DNA of 64,000 nt from Terriglobia bacterium (GCA_963695545.1 OY968796.1:3776001-3840000); one strand, 5' to 3'; shown: positions 20,160-30,574, counted from the stretch's first letter. The notes: a model not told the origin generated them from the letters alone. A program made the numbers and translations.

Positions 20160-20519
20160 TATGCATGTTCGCGCAATCAATTCGAATTATTCGCGACCCC
20201 CACTTTTCCCGCGTCCGCCGCTGCGTGCAATGTCCCTTTAAGATCGTCGCAAAACGCCTCAACAACCCTTTCAGACCCCTCCGCACCCCTCCAGGGCAGT
20301 GCGCATCTCACTGAAAACATTCGACCAAGCAATTTCCGTATCTCTTTTCGTTTCAATCAAATACGAACTGCTCATGCACACTTTTCCCGCAAGTCCCGTA
20401 TTCCCATCATTTTACAAACTGGGTACCCGGGGTATACCCCCTCTCGCACCGCGAACGGAATCGTCTGCAGCAGAGCAATCCGCCAACTCCCCTGCAATCA
20501 TCAACTTCCCTCGCGAGCT

Positions 20520-20846
20520 CTAATCCCTGCCGACGTTCTCCCCGATCCACGCGAGATACTCAGCGAGGCCCGCCACAATCGGCATCGCCACAATCTCCGG
20601 CACATCGTAACTGTGCAATCGCCGAATCCCATCGCGCAGCTTCGGCCAACCGCGCCGCGTGGTCTTCAGCAGCAGCAACGTCTCTCGCGCTCGCTCCACC
20701 TTCCCCTTCCAGCGATAGATCGATTCGATCTTCCCCGGCAAAATGTTCGCGCACGCCGCACGTCGCGACGCGACCATCGCGCGCCCGATGCGCCGCGCCT
20801 CCGCCGAAGTTTTGCACGTGACGAATACCATGACGCAATCCGCCAT
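20520..20846 (-). CDS. cutA: Divalent-cation tolerance protein CutA
   Basis: AACANI, SIYRWKG, LHSYDVPEI. Confidence 0.93.
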   Translation of the reverse strand: MADCVMVFVTCKTSAEARRIGRAMVASRRAACANILPGKIESIYRWKGKVERARETLLLLKTTRRGWPKLRDGIRRLHSYDVPEIVAMPIVAGLAEYLAWIGENVGRD

Positions 20847-20966
20847 AATTCCACCTCGTCGTTTCCCAACGCCGTTACTCTTTCTCGCGCGCGGAATCCT
20901 TCGTCTCCTCGCGCCGCGCTCGCCGCGCTAGAATACCGCGCGGGGGCTGGACGCGACACGGCGTAC

Positions 20967-22433
20967 ATGAATTCACCGATTCACTTCGGCACTTCGGGCT
21001 GGCGCGCGATCATCGCTGGCGATTTCACCTTCGGCAACGTGCGCACCGCCGTCGCCGCCATCGCCGATCACGTCCGCAGGAAGAATCCCAATCCCACACT
21101 GCTCATCGGCTACGACACGCGCTTTTTCGGCGAGGAATTCTCGCTCGCGGCGGCCGCCGTCCTCCGCGAGCGCGGCGTCACCCCGCTTCTCTGCGACGCT
21201 CCAACGCCCACGCCGGCGATCGCCTACGAAATTCGGCGCCGCAAGCTCGATGGCGCCATCAATTTCACTGCCAGCCACAATCCGGCGGATTATCAAGGCC
21301 TGAAATTCTCCGGCGCTGACGGCGCGCCCGCCATGCCCGAGGTCACAAAGGACATCGAATCGCGCGCGAAAAAACTCGCCGAGCCGCCGCGCGTCCACGT
21401 CTCCGCCGATTCGTTCGAGCGCGTGAGCGTGCGCGAACCTTATCTCAAGCGCCTGGCCGAACTCGTAAACTTCGATTCCATTCGCAAAGCCGGCATCACG
21501 ATCGTCTACGACGCGCTGCACGGCTGCGGCGCCGGCTATCTCGATCGCGCGCTCGCGGATCACGGCATCGTCGCGCACACCATCCGCGCCGATCGAGACG
21601 TCCTGTTCGACGGCACCGGTCCCGACGTGGTCGAAACAAATCTCCAGCCGCTGGCCGATGCCATGTGCGCGCGCCGCGCGCAAATCGGCCTCGCCACCGA
21701 CGGCGACGCCGATCGCTTCGGCATCATCGACGCCGACGGCACGTGGTTCCAGCCGAACCACATTCTCGGCCTGGTCTACGATTACCTCATCACCACGCGC
21801 CAATGGAATTTGCCCTCAGCGCGCAGCGTCGCCACTTCGCACTTGCTTGACGCCGTCGCGCGCCATCACGGCACGACGGTCTCCAAGCGCGTCGCGGTCT
21901 TCGAGACTCCCGTCGGCTTCAAATATATCGGCGAATTGATTAAGCAAGACAAAATCGCAATGGGTGGCGAAGAAAGCGCGGGCCTCACCATCCGCGGCCA
22001 CGTCCCCGAAAAAGACGGCATCCTCGCCTGCCTGCTTGTTGCGGAAATGGTCGCCGCGCGCCGCGCCTCGCTTGGTGAGCAATTGAAAGATCTGTTCCGC
22101 CGCGTCGGCCGCGAATTCTGGCCCCTGCGCATCAACATGCATCTGCCCGGCGACGTCCAGGCGCACACCGTCGCGCGCCTAAAAAACAATTTCACCAAAT
22201 TCCTGGGCCGCCGCGTCGCGCGCACCGACCGCACCGATGGTCTGAAACTCGAATTCGACGACGGCTCGTGGGTTCTGATGCGCCTTTCGGGCACGGAACC
22301 TTTACTCCGAATTTACACCGAAGCCGCCACGCTCGAAGCTTCGCGCAAGATGGCCGAGCAAACCCGCGCGTGGGTCTTGGCCGAATCCGCAGAGAAAACT
22401 GTAGGACGCACCGCAGGAGGAACCGCAGCATGA
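20967..22433 (+). CDS. Phosphoglucomutase/phosphomannomutase
   Basis: FGTSGWR, TASHNP, DGDADR, GGEES, RLSGTEP; the longer 20613 start overlaps cutA. Confidence 0.93.
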   Translation: MNSPIHFGTSGWRAIIAGDFTFGNVRTAVAAIADHVRRKNPNPTLLIGYDTRFFGEEFSLAAAAVLRERGVTPLLCDAPTPTPAIAYEIRRRKLDGAINFTASHNPADYQGLKFSGADGAPAMPEVTKDIESRAKKLAEPPRVHVSADSFERVSVREPYLKRLAELVNFDSIRKAGITIVYDALHGCGAGYLDRALADHGIVAHTIRADRDVLFDGTGPDVVETNLQPLADAMCARRAQIGLATDGDADRFGIIDADGTWFQPNHILGLVYDYLITTRQWNLPSARSVATSHLLDAVARHHGTTVSKRVAVFETPVGFKYIGELIKQDKIAMGGEESAGLTIRGHVPEKDGILACLLVAEMVAARRASLGEQLKDLFRRVGREFWPLRINMHLPGDVQAHTVARLKNNFTKFLGRRVARTDRTDGLKLEFDDGSWVLMRLSGTEPLLRIYTEAATLEASRKMAEQTRAWVLAESAEKTVGRTAGGTAA

Positions 22434-22840
22434 ATGAATCGCCAAACCGAATTTCAAACGGATCGAGCGCGACTTCCTGGGCCACACGCAACGCGCGCTC
22501 GCTGCTTCTGATCGCGCTCGCCGCGCTCGGCGTCCACGATATTTTCAGTGCGCACGGTTTCATCGCCATGCGCCGCACCGCTCGCGAAATAGACGCTGCG
22601 CGCGATGAAATCACCAAGCTCGACGATGAAAACCGCGCCCTGGCCGACCAAGTCGGCGCGCTCAAATCCGACCCGCGAATGATTGAACGCATCGCGCGCG
22701 AGGAAATGGGCCTGGCCCGCCCCGGCGAAATGATTTTCAAGGTCCCCGCCGATCCCGCTACGTCGGCGAGCGCCGACGGCAACTCCGCAGCCGGCGGCAA
22801 CGCGGGCACAAACAATGCGGGCGATAAACCGCAGCAGTAA
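22430..22840 (+). CDS. Septum formation initiator FtsB/DivIC family
   Basis: One TM segment, coiled coil, IERIAREEMGLARPGE; ATGA overlap with pgm and GGAGG RBS. Confidence 0.85.
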   Translation: MNESPNRISNGSSATSWATRNARSLLLIALAALGVHDIFSAHGFIAMRRTAREIDAARDEITKLDDENRALADQVGALKSDPRMIERIAREEMGLARPGEMIFKVPADPATSASADGNSAAGGNAGTNNAGDKPQQ

Positions 22841-22895
22841 TTTTCAAGCCTTCGCGCGAGGATTGTTCCGTGTGTGCGCGCGGCGTGATCGCCGC

Positions 22896-24044
22896 CTAGC
22901 TCGTTCCGTGCGCCGAGCGCCTGAACCATGCCGCGATTTCCGCGCCGCGCCCCTTCCATTTCGTGCGCGCCATCGCGAGCAACGTCATGGCCACGAAAAT
23001 GACCGCCAACCCCAGCGTCGCTCTCCCAATTCCCGTGCGATGCTTGTGCGCGACCGAAAGATCGCCGTAAACAAATTCGATGTGCACCCAGTACACCAGC
23101 AACGACGCCTGTCCCATCGTCACCAACGGACTGAATCCGATTTCACCCGCGCCCCACCGGCACCACGCGTATCCCAAAAGCACAATCACCAGAATCACGC
23201 CAACGCGCATCAAAAACCAATTCGGGCTGGTATGCCAGAAATCGTACACCGCGTAAATTCGCACCGGCAGCGAATCGAACCACCACGCCGCGAAAAACAA
23301 CGCGACGCCAAGCGCCCCGAGCCACGCCACGGCGGAAACTTCGCGCTCGCGCGCCCGCGCGCCTGTGAGCACAAATCCCGCCGCCAATCCCGCGAAACCA
23401 AACGCCGCCCACGGAAAAATTGGAAACAGCCAGGTTTGCGGCACACCGTAAATGTGCACGCCGTTGACATACGATTCGAGCCACCACGGCAACCAGTTCG
23501 GCCGAGTCGTCGTCCACAGCGGAGGCGTAGCCAGCGCGATCGCAAGAGCCGCGCCGATTGCCGTCGCGATGTTCCATGCGCGCAGCCTCTCGCCAGAGGC
23601 GCCGCTTTGTTGCGCAGCGTAGCCCACGATCCAACACGCGATGGCCATCAGCACGAGCGTGACCGCGATCTCGTTAAGAATATCCACGCGCAGCAGATCG
23701 GTCCAAGGAGAGTGAAACCAGCTGAGCAAATATTCCTGCAGGCGAAACCCGAGCGCCAGCAGGAAAATTTCTCCGCCGCGCCGAATCGAGGCGCGCCCGG
23801 TGTCCGCGACGGACATTCCACGCTGCCGCGTGCGTTCGGTCGTGAAAGCCAGAGAAATTCCGGCCAGGAACAGGAACAGCGGCGCGGGCAGCGTGCCGCC
23901 CGCCTGCGACATGCGGAAGAAAAGCCCGCTGCGCGCCGCGGGAGAGAGCCACGAATCGTAGCAATGCGTCTGGAACATCACCACACACGCCAGTCCGCGC
24001 AGCCAATCAATGTAAGCGATCCGCGAACGTGCGTTTGATTTCAT
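22896..24044 (-). CDS. Membrane acyltransferase-like protein (DUF1624/HGSNAT-like)
   Basis: RIAYIDWLRGLA...M..H, FLFLAG, FPIFPW, multiple TM segments. Confidence 0.8.
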   Translation of the reverse strand: MKSNARSRIAYIDWLRGLACVVMFQTHCYDSWLSPAARSGLFFRMSQAGGTLPAPLFLFLAGISLAFTTERTRQRGMSVADTGRASIRRGGEIFLLALGFRLQEYLLSWFHSPWTDLLRVDILNEIAVTLVLMAIACWIVGYAAQQSGASGERLRAWNIATAIGAALAIALATPPLWTTTRPNWLPWWLESYVNGVHIYGVPQTWLFPIFPWAAFGFAGLAAGFVLTGARAREREVSAVAWLGALGVALFFAAWWFDSLPVRIYAVYDFWHTSPNWFLMRVGVILVIVLLGYAWCRWGAGEIGFSPLVTMGQASLLVYWVHIEFVYGDLSVAHKHRTGIGRATLGLAVIFVAMTLLAMARTKWKGRGAEIAAWFRRSAHGTS

Positions 24045-24100
24045 TAGATAAATCGATTAGTTCGATTGAGTTTTGATGCAGCTACGATACACTAACGAAT

Positions 24101-25090
24101 GTGACTTCGGAACGCCCCCGGCCACTTCCCCTTTCCATTGCGATCGCCGTTTGGGCCGCTGTCGGTTTGGCGGCTGCATTGTACGGCAGCTGGCAAGGAT
24201 ATGGCGGCCGCCGCTACGCGATCATGGTCATCGTGACGCTGTGGCTGCTCGGCACGGAAGTCATTCTCGCTTCGGGCGGAATGGTAGAACGCATATCGAA
24301 GCGCCTCTCGCCGCCCGTCGCCGCAATCCTCGGTGCGGTGCCGCTTCTCACGTACATCGTCTACGCAGTCGGAACGGGAAGTTTCGAGTGGAGAAATGTG
24401 GCGCTCGTCGCGGGCATGGCGCTGGTACCCACGGCGCTGACGGCTTCGGCCGGCGGCGCGCCTTTCGGCGCGTGGCAGGATTACGCGGCGATGGCTGCGC
24501 TGTTCATTCCTTTCTGGCTCGGATGGGTGCAATACCTTTGGCCGTTTCCTACGCCGAAAGTCACTTACGCGATGTCCGTGCTACTGATCATTCAAGTCGG
24601 CGTGATCGCTTTCTTGTTGGTGCGGCGCGCGCCGGACGTCGGCTATTCCCTTGCTTGGTCCCGCAAATGGATTCTGACCGTGGCCGCGTGCTTCATCGGC
24701 ATCGCGCTGATCGATATTCCGCTCGCGCTCAAGATTCGCTTCCTGCGCTTCGACCCGAGCAACGGGCATCACAAGCAGATACTGCTCGAATTTCTGGGGA
24801 CGTTTTTCTTCACAGCGTGGGCCGAGGAGTTTTTCTTTCGCGGATTGCTACAGAACGCGCTCTCACGCACGTTACGCAGCGACGCTGGGGGCTGGATCGT
24901 GGCCTCGATCGTGTTCGGCTTTTCGCATATCAATCACGAGCACTTTCCGAATTGGAGATACGTTCTGTTGGCCACCATTGCAGGCTTCTTCTACGGCTTC
25001 GCGTGGAAAAAAACGAAATCGATGACCGGCAGCGGCGTGATTCACGCCGCCGTGGACGTCACGATGCATCAATTATTTCGCGTGATCTAG
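24101..25090 (+). CDS. CPBP (CAAX/Abi) intramembrane glutamic endopeptidase
   Basis: EEFFFRG, FGFSH, HAAVD motifs. Confidence 0.88.
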   Translation: MTSERPRPLPLSIAIAVWAAVGLAAALYGSWQGYGGRRYAIMVIVTLWLLGTEVILASGGMVERISKRLSPPVAAILGAVPLLTYIVYAVGTGSFEWRNVALVAGMALVPTALTASAGGAPFGAWQDYAAMAALFIPFWLGWVQYLWPFPTPKVTYAMSVLLIIQVGVIAFLLVRRAPDVGYSLAWSRKWILTVAACFIGIALIDIPLALKIRFLRFDPSNGHHKQILLEFLGTFFFTAWAEEFFFRGLLQNALSRTLRSDAGGWIVASIVFGFSHINHEHFPNWRYVLLATIAGFFYGFAWKKTKSMTGSGVIHAAVDVTMHQLFRVI

Positions 25091-25143
25091 GCGCGCGAGC
25101 GAACGGTAATTTCCACTTCTTAGCGGGTATCGTTCCGATCGGG

Positions 25144-25920
25144 CTAGCGAACCACGCCGGACACCGGGCTCGAAGCCGAAGCGTACAACTTTTTCGGCAT
25201 GCGTCCCGCGAGATACGCCTTGCGTCCAGCGGAGACCGCATCGCGCATGGCTTCGGCCATGAGCACGGCGTCCTGCGCTTCCGCGATCGCCGTGTTCATC
25301 AGGATTCCATCAGCGCCAAGTTCCATGGCGATCGCCGCATCCGAAGCGGTGCCAACGCCCGCGTCCACGATCAGCGGCACTTCGGTGACGCGCTCGCGCA
25401 AGATGCGCAGTGCCGCTCGATTCTGAATGCCGAGTCCCGAACCGATTGGCGCGGCGAGAGGCATCACGGCGGCTGCGCCGGCGTCAATCAGTTTTCGCGC
25501 GACGATCAAATCGTCGCTGGTGTAGGGCAAAACGATGAAGCCTTCCTTCACGAGCACGCGCGTGGCCTTCACCAATTCTTCGGTTTCCGGAAACAACGTC
25601 TGCTGATCGCCGATCACTTCGAGCTTCACCCATTCCGAAAGTCCCGCTTCCCTGCCCAGGCGCGCGGCGCGAATGGCTTCATCGGCGGTGTAACAGCCGG
25701 CGGTGTTCGGCAGGATAAAAACTTTTTCGCGATCGATGTAATCGAGCAGCGATTCTTTGGTGCGATCGGAAAGATTCACGCGGCGCACTGCAACCGTAAC
25801 CATCGCGGCGCCCGACGCGGCGTGCGCGCGCGCCATTTCCGCAAGCGAGCGATATTTCCCAGTGCCTACGATCAAGCGCGAGCTGAAAGCGCGGCCGGCA
25901 ATTACGAGTTGATCGTTCAT
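25144..25920 (-). CDS. thiG: Thiazole synthase
   Basis: [38 protein letters not shown]. Confidence 0.96.
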   Translation of the reverse strand: MNDQLVIAGRAFSSRLIVGTGKYRSLAEMARAHAASGAAMVTVAVRRVNLSDRTKESLLDYIDREKVFILPNTAGCYTADEAIRAARLGREAGLSEWVKLEVIGDQQTLFPETEELVKATRVLVKEGFIVLPYTSDDLIVARKLIDAGAAAVMPLAAPIGSGLGIQNRAALRILRERVTEVPLIVDAGVGTASDAAIAMELGADGILMNTAIAEAQDAVLMAEAMRDAVSAGRKAYLAGRMPKKLYASASSPVSGVVR

Positions 25921-25992
25921 CGCGTGAACCCCCAGTACACTCCGCAAACGATTGTACCGCGCGGGCGGGACGAGCAAAACCGGCGCGGCGCT

Positions 25993-27822
25993 TTAGTCCG
26001 TGACGGTCGAGTGCTGCTCGGCGTCGGCGTAGATGCGCTCGATCTGCGCCGCGTATTTCTGCTCGATGACGCGGCGCTTGAGCTTCATCGTGTAGGTCAA
26101 TTCGCCTCGCTCGAACGTGAAATCATCGGGCAACAGCGCGAATCGCTTGACGCTTTCGTAGTGCGCGAGCGGCGCGCACAAGCGATTCACTTCTCGCTCG
26201 ATCTCTTCGCGCACCCACGGCGCGGCGGCCGTTTCTTCATGCGAGCCTACGGGCAGTTTCCGTTCGCGCGCGAGTTTTTCCAGGCTCTCAAAGTTCGGGA
26301 CGATCAGCGCGGCCACAAATCTTCGCCGGTCGCCGACCACGGCGACGCTTGAAATGTAGGGACTGGCTTTCAAAAGATTTTCGACCATTTGCGGAGCGAC
26401 GAATTTTCCGCCGGCGGTTTTCAGCAATTCTTTTTTGCGATCGGTGACGTAGAGAAATCCGTCTTCATCGAGGCGCCCGATATCGCCAGTGGAAAGCCAG
26501 CCGTCGGGCGAAATTGCCGCGCGCGTATCCTCCGGACGCTGATAATAGCCGCGCATCACGCACGGACCGCGAGCTTCGATTTCTCCGTCGGCGGCGATGC
26601 GCACTTCGACGTGCGGAATGATCGGTCCAACGCTGCCGGTGCGATTCTTTGCCGGAATGTTCGTCGAAATGATCGGCGAGGCCTCCGTCAAGCCATAGCC
26701 TTGATAAATCTTTATGCCCACGGCCCAGAAAAATTCGATCAAGTCCTTCGCGAGCGGCGCGCTGCCGCAGGAGACCAAACGAAATCTGCCGCCGGTGGCG
26801 GCGCGAATCTTGTGAAACACCAGGCGATCGGCGACGCGCCACTTGAAACGCAACAGCGCCGAAGGGCGCGCGCCGTAGGCTTTCCATGGGACGGCTTGGC
26901 GCGCCACGCGCAAGGCACGATCGAAAATCGCGCGCTTTATTCTCGGACAGGCGCGGCCCTGCTCGACGATTCGCGCGTAAACTTTCTCGAAGAATCTCGG
27001 CACAGCGGCTACGATGGTCGGGCGGACTTCCAGAAGCGCGCGAGAAACGTCGTTCATATCGGGGACGTAGGCGACAGGCACGCCGTTGAACAAATATGCG
27101 TAGCCCATCACGCGCTCATACACATGCGAGAGCGGCAAAAACGAAAGGCCTTGATCGGTGCGATAGTCGAAATTGGTTCCGAAAAAGCCGTCGGTGACGT
27201 TCGAGCTCAAATTGTTGTGAGTGAGCATCACGCCTTTCGGTTCGCCTGTGGTGCCGGAGGTGTAGATCAGCGTGGCGAGTTGCTCAGGCACGTTCAATTC
27301 GGCGCGACGGCGATACGCCGCGATTTCCGCGGCGCCGTCCGGAGCGGTGCCCGCGGCAGGATCGACGATCGCTTCGTAGCGCAGCGGATCGGGGCCGGCA
27401 TCCTGCGCCGCGTCAAGGCAGATGACGTGCTGGACGGTCGGCACGCGGTCACGGATGCCGAGCAGGCGGCGCGTTTGCTCGGCGCCGGCGACGAACACCG
27501 CCTTGGCTTCGGAGTGATTCAGGATGTAAACCATCCGATCGGGAGATTCATTGAAGTAGATCGGCACGTTCACCGCGCCCAAACCGAGAATCGCGAAATC
27601 GGCCACGTGCCATTCGGGACGATTCGGCGAAAACACGCCGACGCGATCGCCGGACACGATGCCGAGTCGATCGAGCGCGGCCGATAAGCGCGCGACGCGA
27701 CGCAGCAATTCCGCGGAGGAGATTTCCTGCCATCCATTTTCGGCGCGAAACATCTGCGCGCGCGGCGACGGAAATTTGTCTACCGCGAGAAGCAAACGCT
27801 GCGTCAGTGGCGGGTATTCCAT
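25993..27822 (-). CDS. Long-chain fatty acid-CoA ligase
   Basis: YTSGTTGEPKG, GYGLTE, TGDIG, DRKKEL, ELTYTMKLKR. Confidence 0.92.
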   Translation of the reverse strand: MEYPPLTQRLLLAVDKFPSPRAQMFRAENGWQEISSAELLRRVARLSAALDRLGIVSGDRVGVFSPNRPEWHVADFAILGLGAVNVPIYFNESPDRMVYILNHSEAKAVFVAGAEQTRRLLGIRDRVPTVQHVICLDAAQDAGPDPLRYEAIVDPAAGTAPDGAAEIAAYRRRAELNVPEQLATLIYTSGTTGEPKGVMLTHNNLSSNVTDGFFGTNFDYRTDQGLSFLPLSHVYERVMGYAYLFNGVPVAYVPDMNDVSRALLEVRPTIVAAVPRFFEKVYARIVEQGRACPRIKRAIFDRALRVARQAVPWKAYGARPSALLRFKWRVADRLVFHKIRAATGGRFRLVSCGSAPLAKDLIEFFWAVGIKIYQGYGLTEASPIISTNIPAKNRTGSVGPIIPHVEVRIAADGEIEARGPCVMRGYYQRPEDTRAAISPDGWLSTGDIGRLDEDGFLYVTDRKKELLKTAGGKFVAPQMVENLLKASPYISSVAVVGDRRRFVAALIVPNFESLEKLARERKLPVGSHEETAAAPWVREEIEREVNRLCAPLAHYESVKRFALLPDDFTFERGELTYTMKLKRRVIEQKYAAQIERIYADAEQHSTVTD

Positions 27823-27920
27823 ACTCGACCGCCGACTCTACAGGATGGCGCGCCGCTGGCGCAATGGAGCGGCGTGGGTGAGCGAATTTAGCGCGAGACA
27901 AGATGGGAAGACAAAGTTCG

Positions 27921-27977
27921 AAAACCGCGCCCCGCTACGGCGGACCTTCGGGCTTAAGACCGAAGGGTGCGGCGCCC
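27921..27977. repeat. Intergenic palindromic element (REP-like)
   Basis: CCTTCGG/CCGAAGG stem (27945-27966) overlapping a CCGCGCCC/GGGTGCGG pairing. Confidence 0.45.
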
Positions 27978-28031
27978 TGCGCTCGCGCTTGTAGAGGCCG
28001 TCGATTAGAATCCATGCGGGGAGACAATCTT

Positions 28032-29522
28032 GTGACGTCCGGTCCGCTCGATTCCACAACGCGCAAGCGCACGCCGATTCGCGCGCCGCGAGGCAACGTG
28101 CTTTCGTGCAAGGGGTGGCATCAGGAAGCGGCGCTTCGCATGTTGATGAATGCGCTCGATCCGGAAGTCGCGGAACGTCCCGACGAGATGATTGCGTGCG
28201 GCACGAACGGCAAGCCGGTGGAAGATTGGCAGAGCTATCTCGAAATCGCCGTCGCGCTGAAAACCCTGGACAGCGAGCAGACTTTGCTCGTGCAGCCCGG
28301 TAAACCGGCGGAAAGTTTTCGCACAAGCGCTCCGGCACCGCGCGTGCTGATCAAGCCTGTAACGACCGACGGCGAGGAGGCCGCGACAAGCTGGATGTAC
28401 GTGGGCACGCAGGGTGCGCTCCAAGAGACTTATGAAACTTTCCGCAGCGCGGCGAGGGTTCACTTCGGCGGCGACCTCGCCGGGCGGCTCGTAGTCTCCG
28501 CCGGCATGGGAAGCCTGGGCGGCGCGCAACCGCTCGCGGCGCAACTGAATGGCGCGGCGTTTCTCGGGATCGACGCCGATCCCGCGCGCATCAAGCGTCG
28601 CGTGAAGAGCGGATATTGCGACGTGATGGTAAGTTCGCTCGATGAAGCGCTGCGGATTCTGAAGAACGCGGTGCGCCAACGTGCGGCTCGTTCGGTCGGA
28701 TTGGTCGGCAATGCGGCGGACGTGATCAGCGAACTCGCGGAGCGGGGCTCGGTTCCCGATATCCTTACGGATCGCACGGCGGCGCAAGACCCGCTCTTGG
28801 GATATTGGCCGCAGGGGTTGAGCATGGCGGAGGCCTCGGATCTGCGCCGCAGTAACCCGGCGGAGGCGCGGCGCAAATCGCTCGAGTCCATCGCGGTACA
28901 GGTCCGCGCGATGATGGCGCTGCAGAAGCTTGGCGCGTCCGTCTTCGATTTCGGCAATCGCATCTTCGCCAAGGCACGCGAAGCCGGCGTCGCCGAGGCC
29001 TGCCCGGAGGCCCCACGCGAAGAGCATCGATCGGTTGATCGCGCGCCGATGCGCTGGATCGCGCTTTCGGGCGAGCCTGGCGATATCGATCGAATCGATC
29101 GGCTGGTGCTCGAGATGTTTTCTGGAGACGAAAATCTCGCGCGCTTCATTCGTCTCGCGCGAAAGCACGTTCGTGCGCAAGGACTGCCGGCGCGAGTTTG
29201 CTGGATGCGCAGCGCCGATCGCGCCCGATTCGGCGTGGCCGTGAACGAGCTGGTGGCTGACGGCGATTTGCGCGGGCCGGTGGTTCTGGGACGCGATTTT
29301 CTGGATTGCGGCGGCGCCGCCGAACGCCGTGCGCATCCGAGACTGGCAATTGCCCAGGGAGGCGAATTGCCGATCGGCGAGGAGTTGCTCGACGCGACGA
29401 ACGGGGCGTCCTGGGCCGCGATTCGGGGGAGCGGCGCTGATCCTGCGCGTCTCGCTCAAGCGATCGTGGCCGACGGGACGTCGGGTACGGCCGCGAGGAT
29501 CGAACAAGTAATGTCGCGATAG
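28032..29522 (+). CDS. Urocanate hydratase-like protein, degenerate
   Basis: IRAPRG..LSCKGW.QEAALRMLMN.LDPEVAE, GMG.LGGAQPLA, FDFGN, QGLPARVCW are retained, but several canonical motifs are lost; GTG start after GGGAG. Confidence 0.8.
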   Translation: MTSGPLDSTTRKRTPIRAPRGNVLSCKGWHQEAALRMLMNALDPEVAERPDEMIACGTNGKPVEDWQSYLEIAVALKTLDSEQTLLVQPGKPAESFRTSAPAPRVLIKPVTTDGEEAATSWMYVGTQGALQETYETFRSAARVHFGGDLAGRLVVSAGMGSLGGAQPLAAQLNGAAFLGIDADPARIKRRVKSGYCDVMVSSLDEALRILKNAVRQRAARSVGLVGNAADVISELAERGSVPDILTDRTAAQDPLLGYWPQGLSMAEASDLRRSNPAEARRKSLESIAVQVRAMMALQKLGASVFDFGNRIFAKAREAGVAEACPEAPREEHRSVDRAPMRWIALSGEPGDIDRIDRLVLEMFSGDENLARFIRLARKHVRAQGLPARVCWMRSADRARFGVAVNELVADGDLRGPVVLGRDFLDCGGAAERRAHPRLAIAQGGELPIGEELLDATNGASWAAIRGSGADPARLAQAIVADGTSGTAARIEQVMSR

Positions 29523-29671
29523 ACGCGGCGTGTGCGCGGAGCCGGCCGATCGCGACGGCGCGCGGGTGGAGATAGGCCGCAAATAGCGGTAACCTGGCGC
29601 TGCGCCGCGCATCGAAGAATACAGGCGTGCCACACGCGAATCGACGCGCCGCAAGGTAGAGGGAGAAAACC

Positions 29672-30574
29672 ATGATCGCAATCACTGGAGCCACGGGCCA
29701 CACGGGCCACGTTGCCGCAAAGACTTTGCTCGCACGCGGACAAAAAGTGCGGGTTTTGGGCCGCAGCGCCGAGAAGCTAGCGCCGCTGGTCGCTCTGGGC
29801 GCGGAACCTCGGGTATTCGAGTTTCACGACGAAGTGGCGATGACCGACGCCTTCACTGGCGCGGACGCAGTGTACGCCATGAATCCTCCGGACCTTACCG
29901 CCGAGGACGTGATCGGCCATTACGATCGCAATTCGGAAGCGCTGGTGGCCGCGATCAAGGGCTCTGGCGTGAAGCACGTGGTTACGCTCAGCAGCGTCGG
30001 AGCGCAACTGCCGGAAGGCTCGGGGCCGGTTCTCGGTCTGCGCCGCATGGAAGAAAAGATCAACACGATCCGGGATCTAAACGTTTTGCATCTGCGGCCG
30101 TGCTACTTCATGGAGAACACCCTGGCGCAGATTGGCGTGATTCAGAGATTTGGCGCGGTCGGGGGAATTATTACGTCAGACCTGAAATTCGCGACGATTG
30201 CCACGCGCGATATCGGAGTGGTGGCGGCGGATAGGCTCGAGCGGCGCGACTTCATCGGCATATCGACGCATGAACTCTTGGGCCCACGCGACGTTTCGAT
30301 GAATGAAATCGCAAAGATCATCGGCGCCGGCATCGGCCAGCCAGGACTATCCTATATGGAAGCGCCGGTTCCGATGTTCGTGATGGGACTGCGGCAAGCC
30401 GGTTTGTCGGCCAACTACGCGGAGCTGATCGCGGAGATGTGTCTGAGCATCAACTCCGGCGTGTTCAAGCCCGAAGAACCGCGCTCGCCGCGGAACACCA
30501 CGCCGACAACTTATGAAGCCTTTGTGGCGGAAGTCTTTGCGCCGGCGTTTCGGGGCAAAGCGGTTTCCGCCTGA
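29672..30574 (+). CDS. NmrA-like NAD(P)-binding protein
   Basis: ITGATGHTG Rossmann motif, LSSVGA, LRPCYFMEN, IATRDIG. Confidence 0.9.
   Translation: MIAITGATGHTGHVAAKTLLARGQKVRVLGRSAEKLAPLVALGAEPRVFEFHDEVAMTDAFTGADAVYAMNPPDLTAEDVIGHYDRNSEALVAAIKGSGVKHVVTLSSVGAQLPEGSGPVLGLRRMEEKINTIRDLNVLHLRPCYFMENTLAQIGVIQRFGAVGGIITSDLKFATIATRDIGVVAADRLERRDFIGISTHELLGPRDVSMNEIAKIIGAGIGQPGLSYMEAPVPMFVMGLRQAGLSANYAELIAEMCLSINSGVFKPEEPRSPRNTTPTTYEAFVAEVFAPAFRGKAVSA

Noticed and set aside
20613..20966. Long N-terminal extension of pgm
   Set aside because: Antisense to cutA; family similarity begins at ATG 20967
25921..25992. TPP riboswitch upstream of thiG
   Set aside because: Only 72 nt available and no CTGAGA core
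24073..26352. 759-aa plus-strand ORF
   Set aside because: Shadow ORF over the CPBP gene and antisense to thiG and fadD; Arg-rich, no motifs
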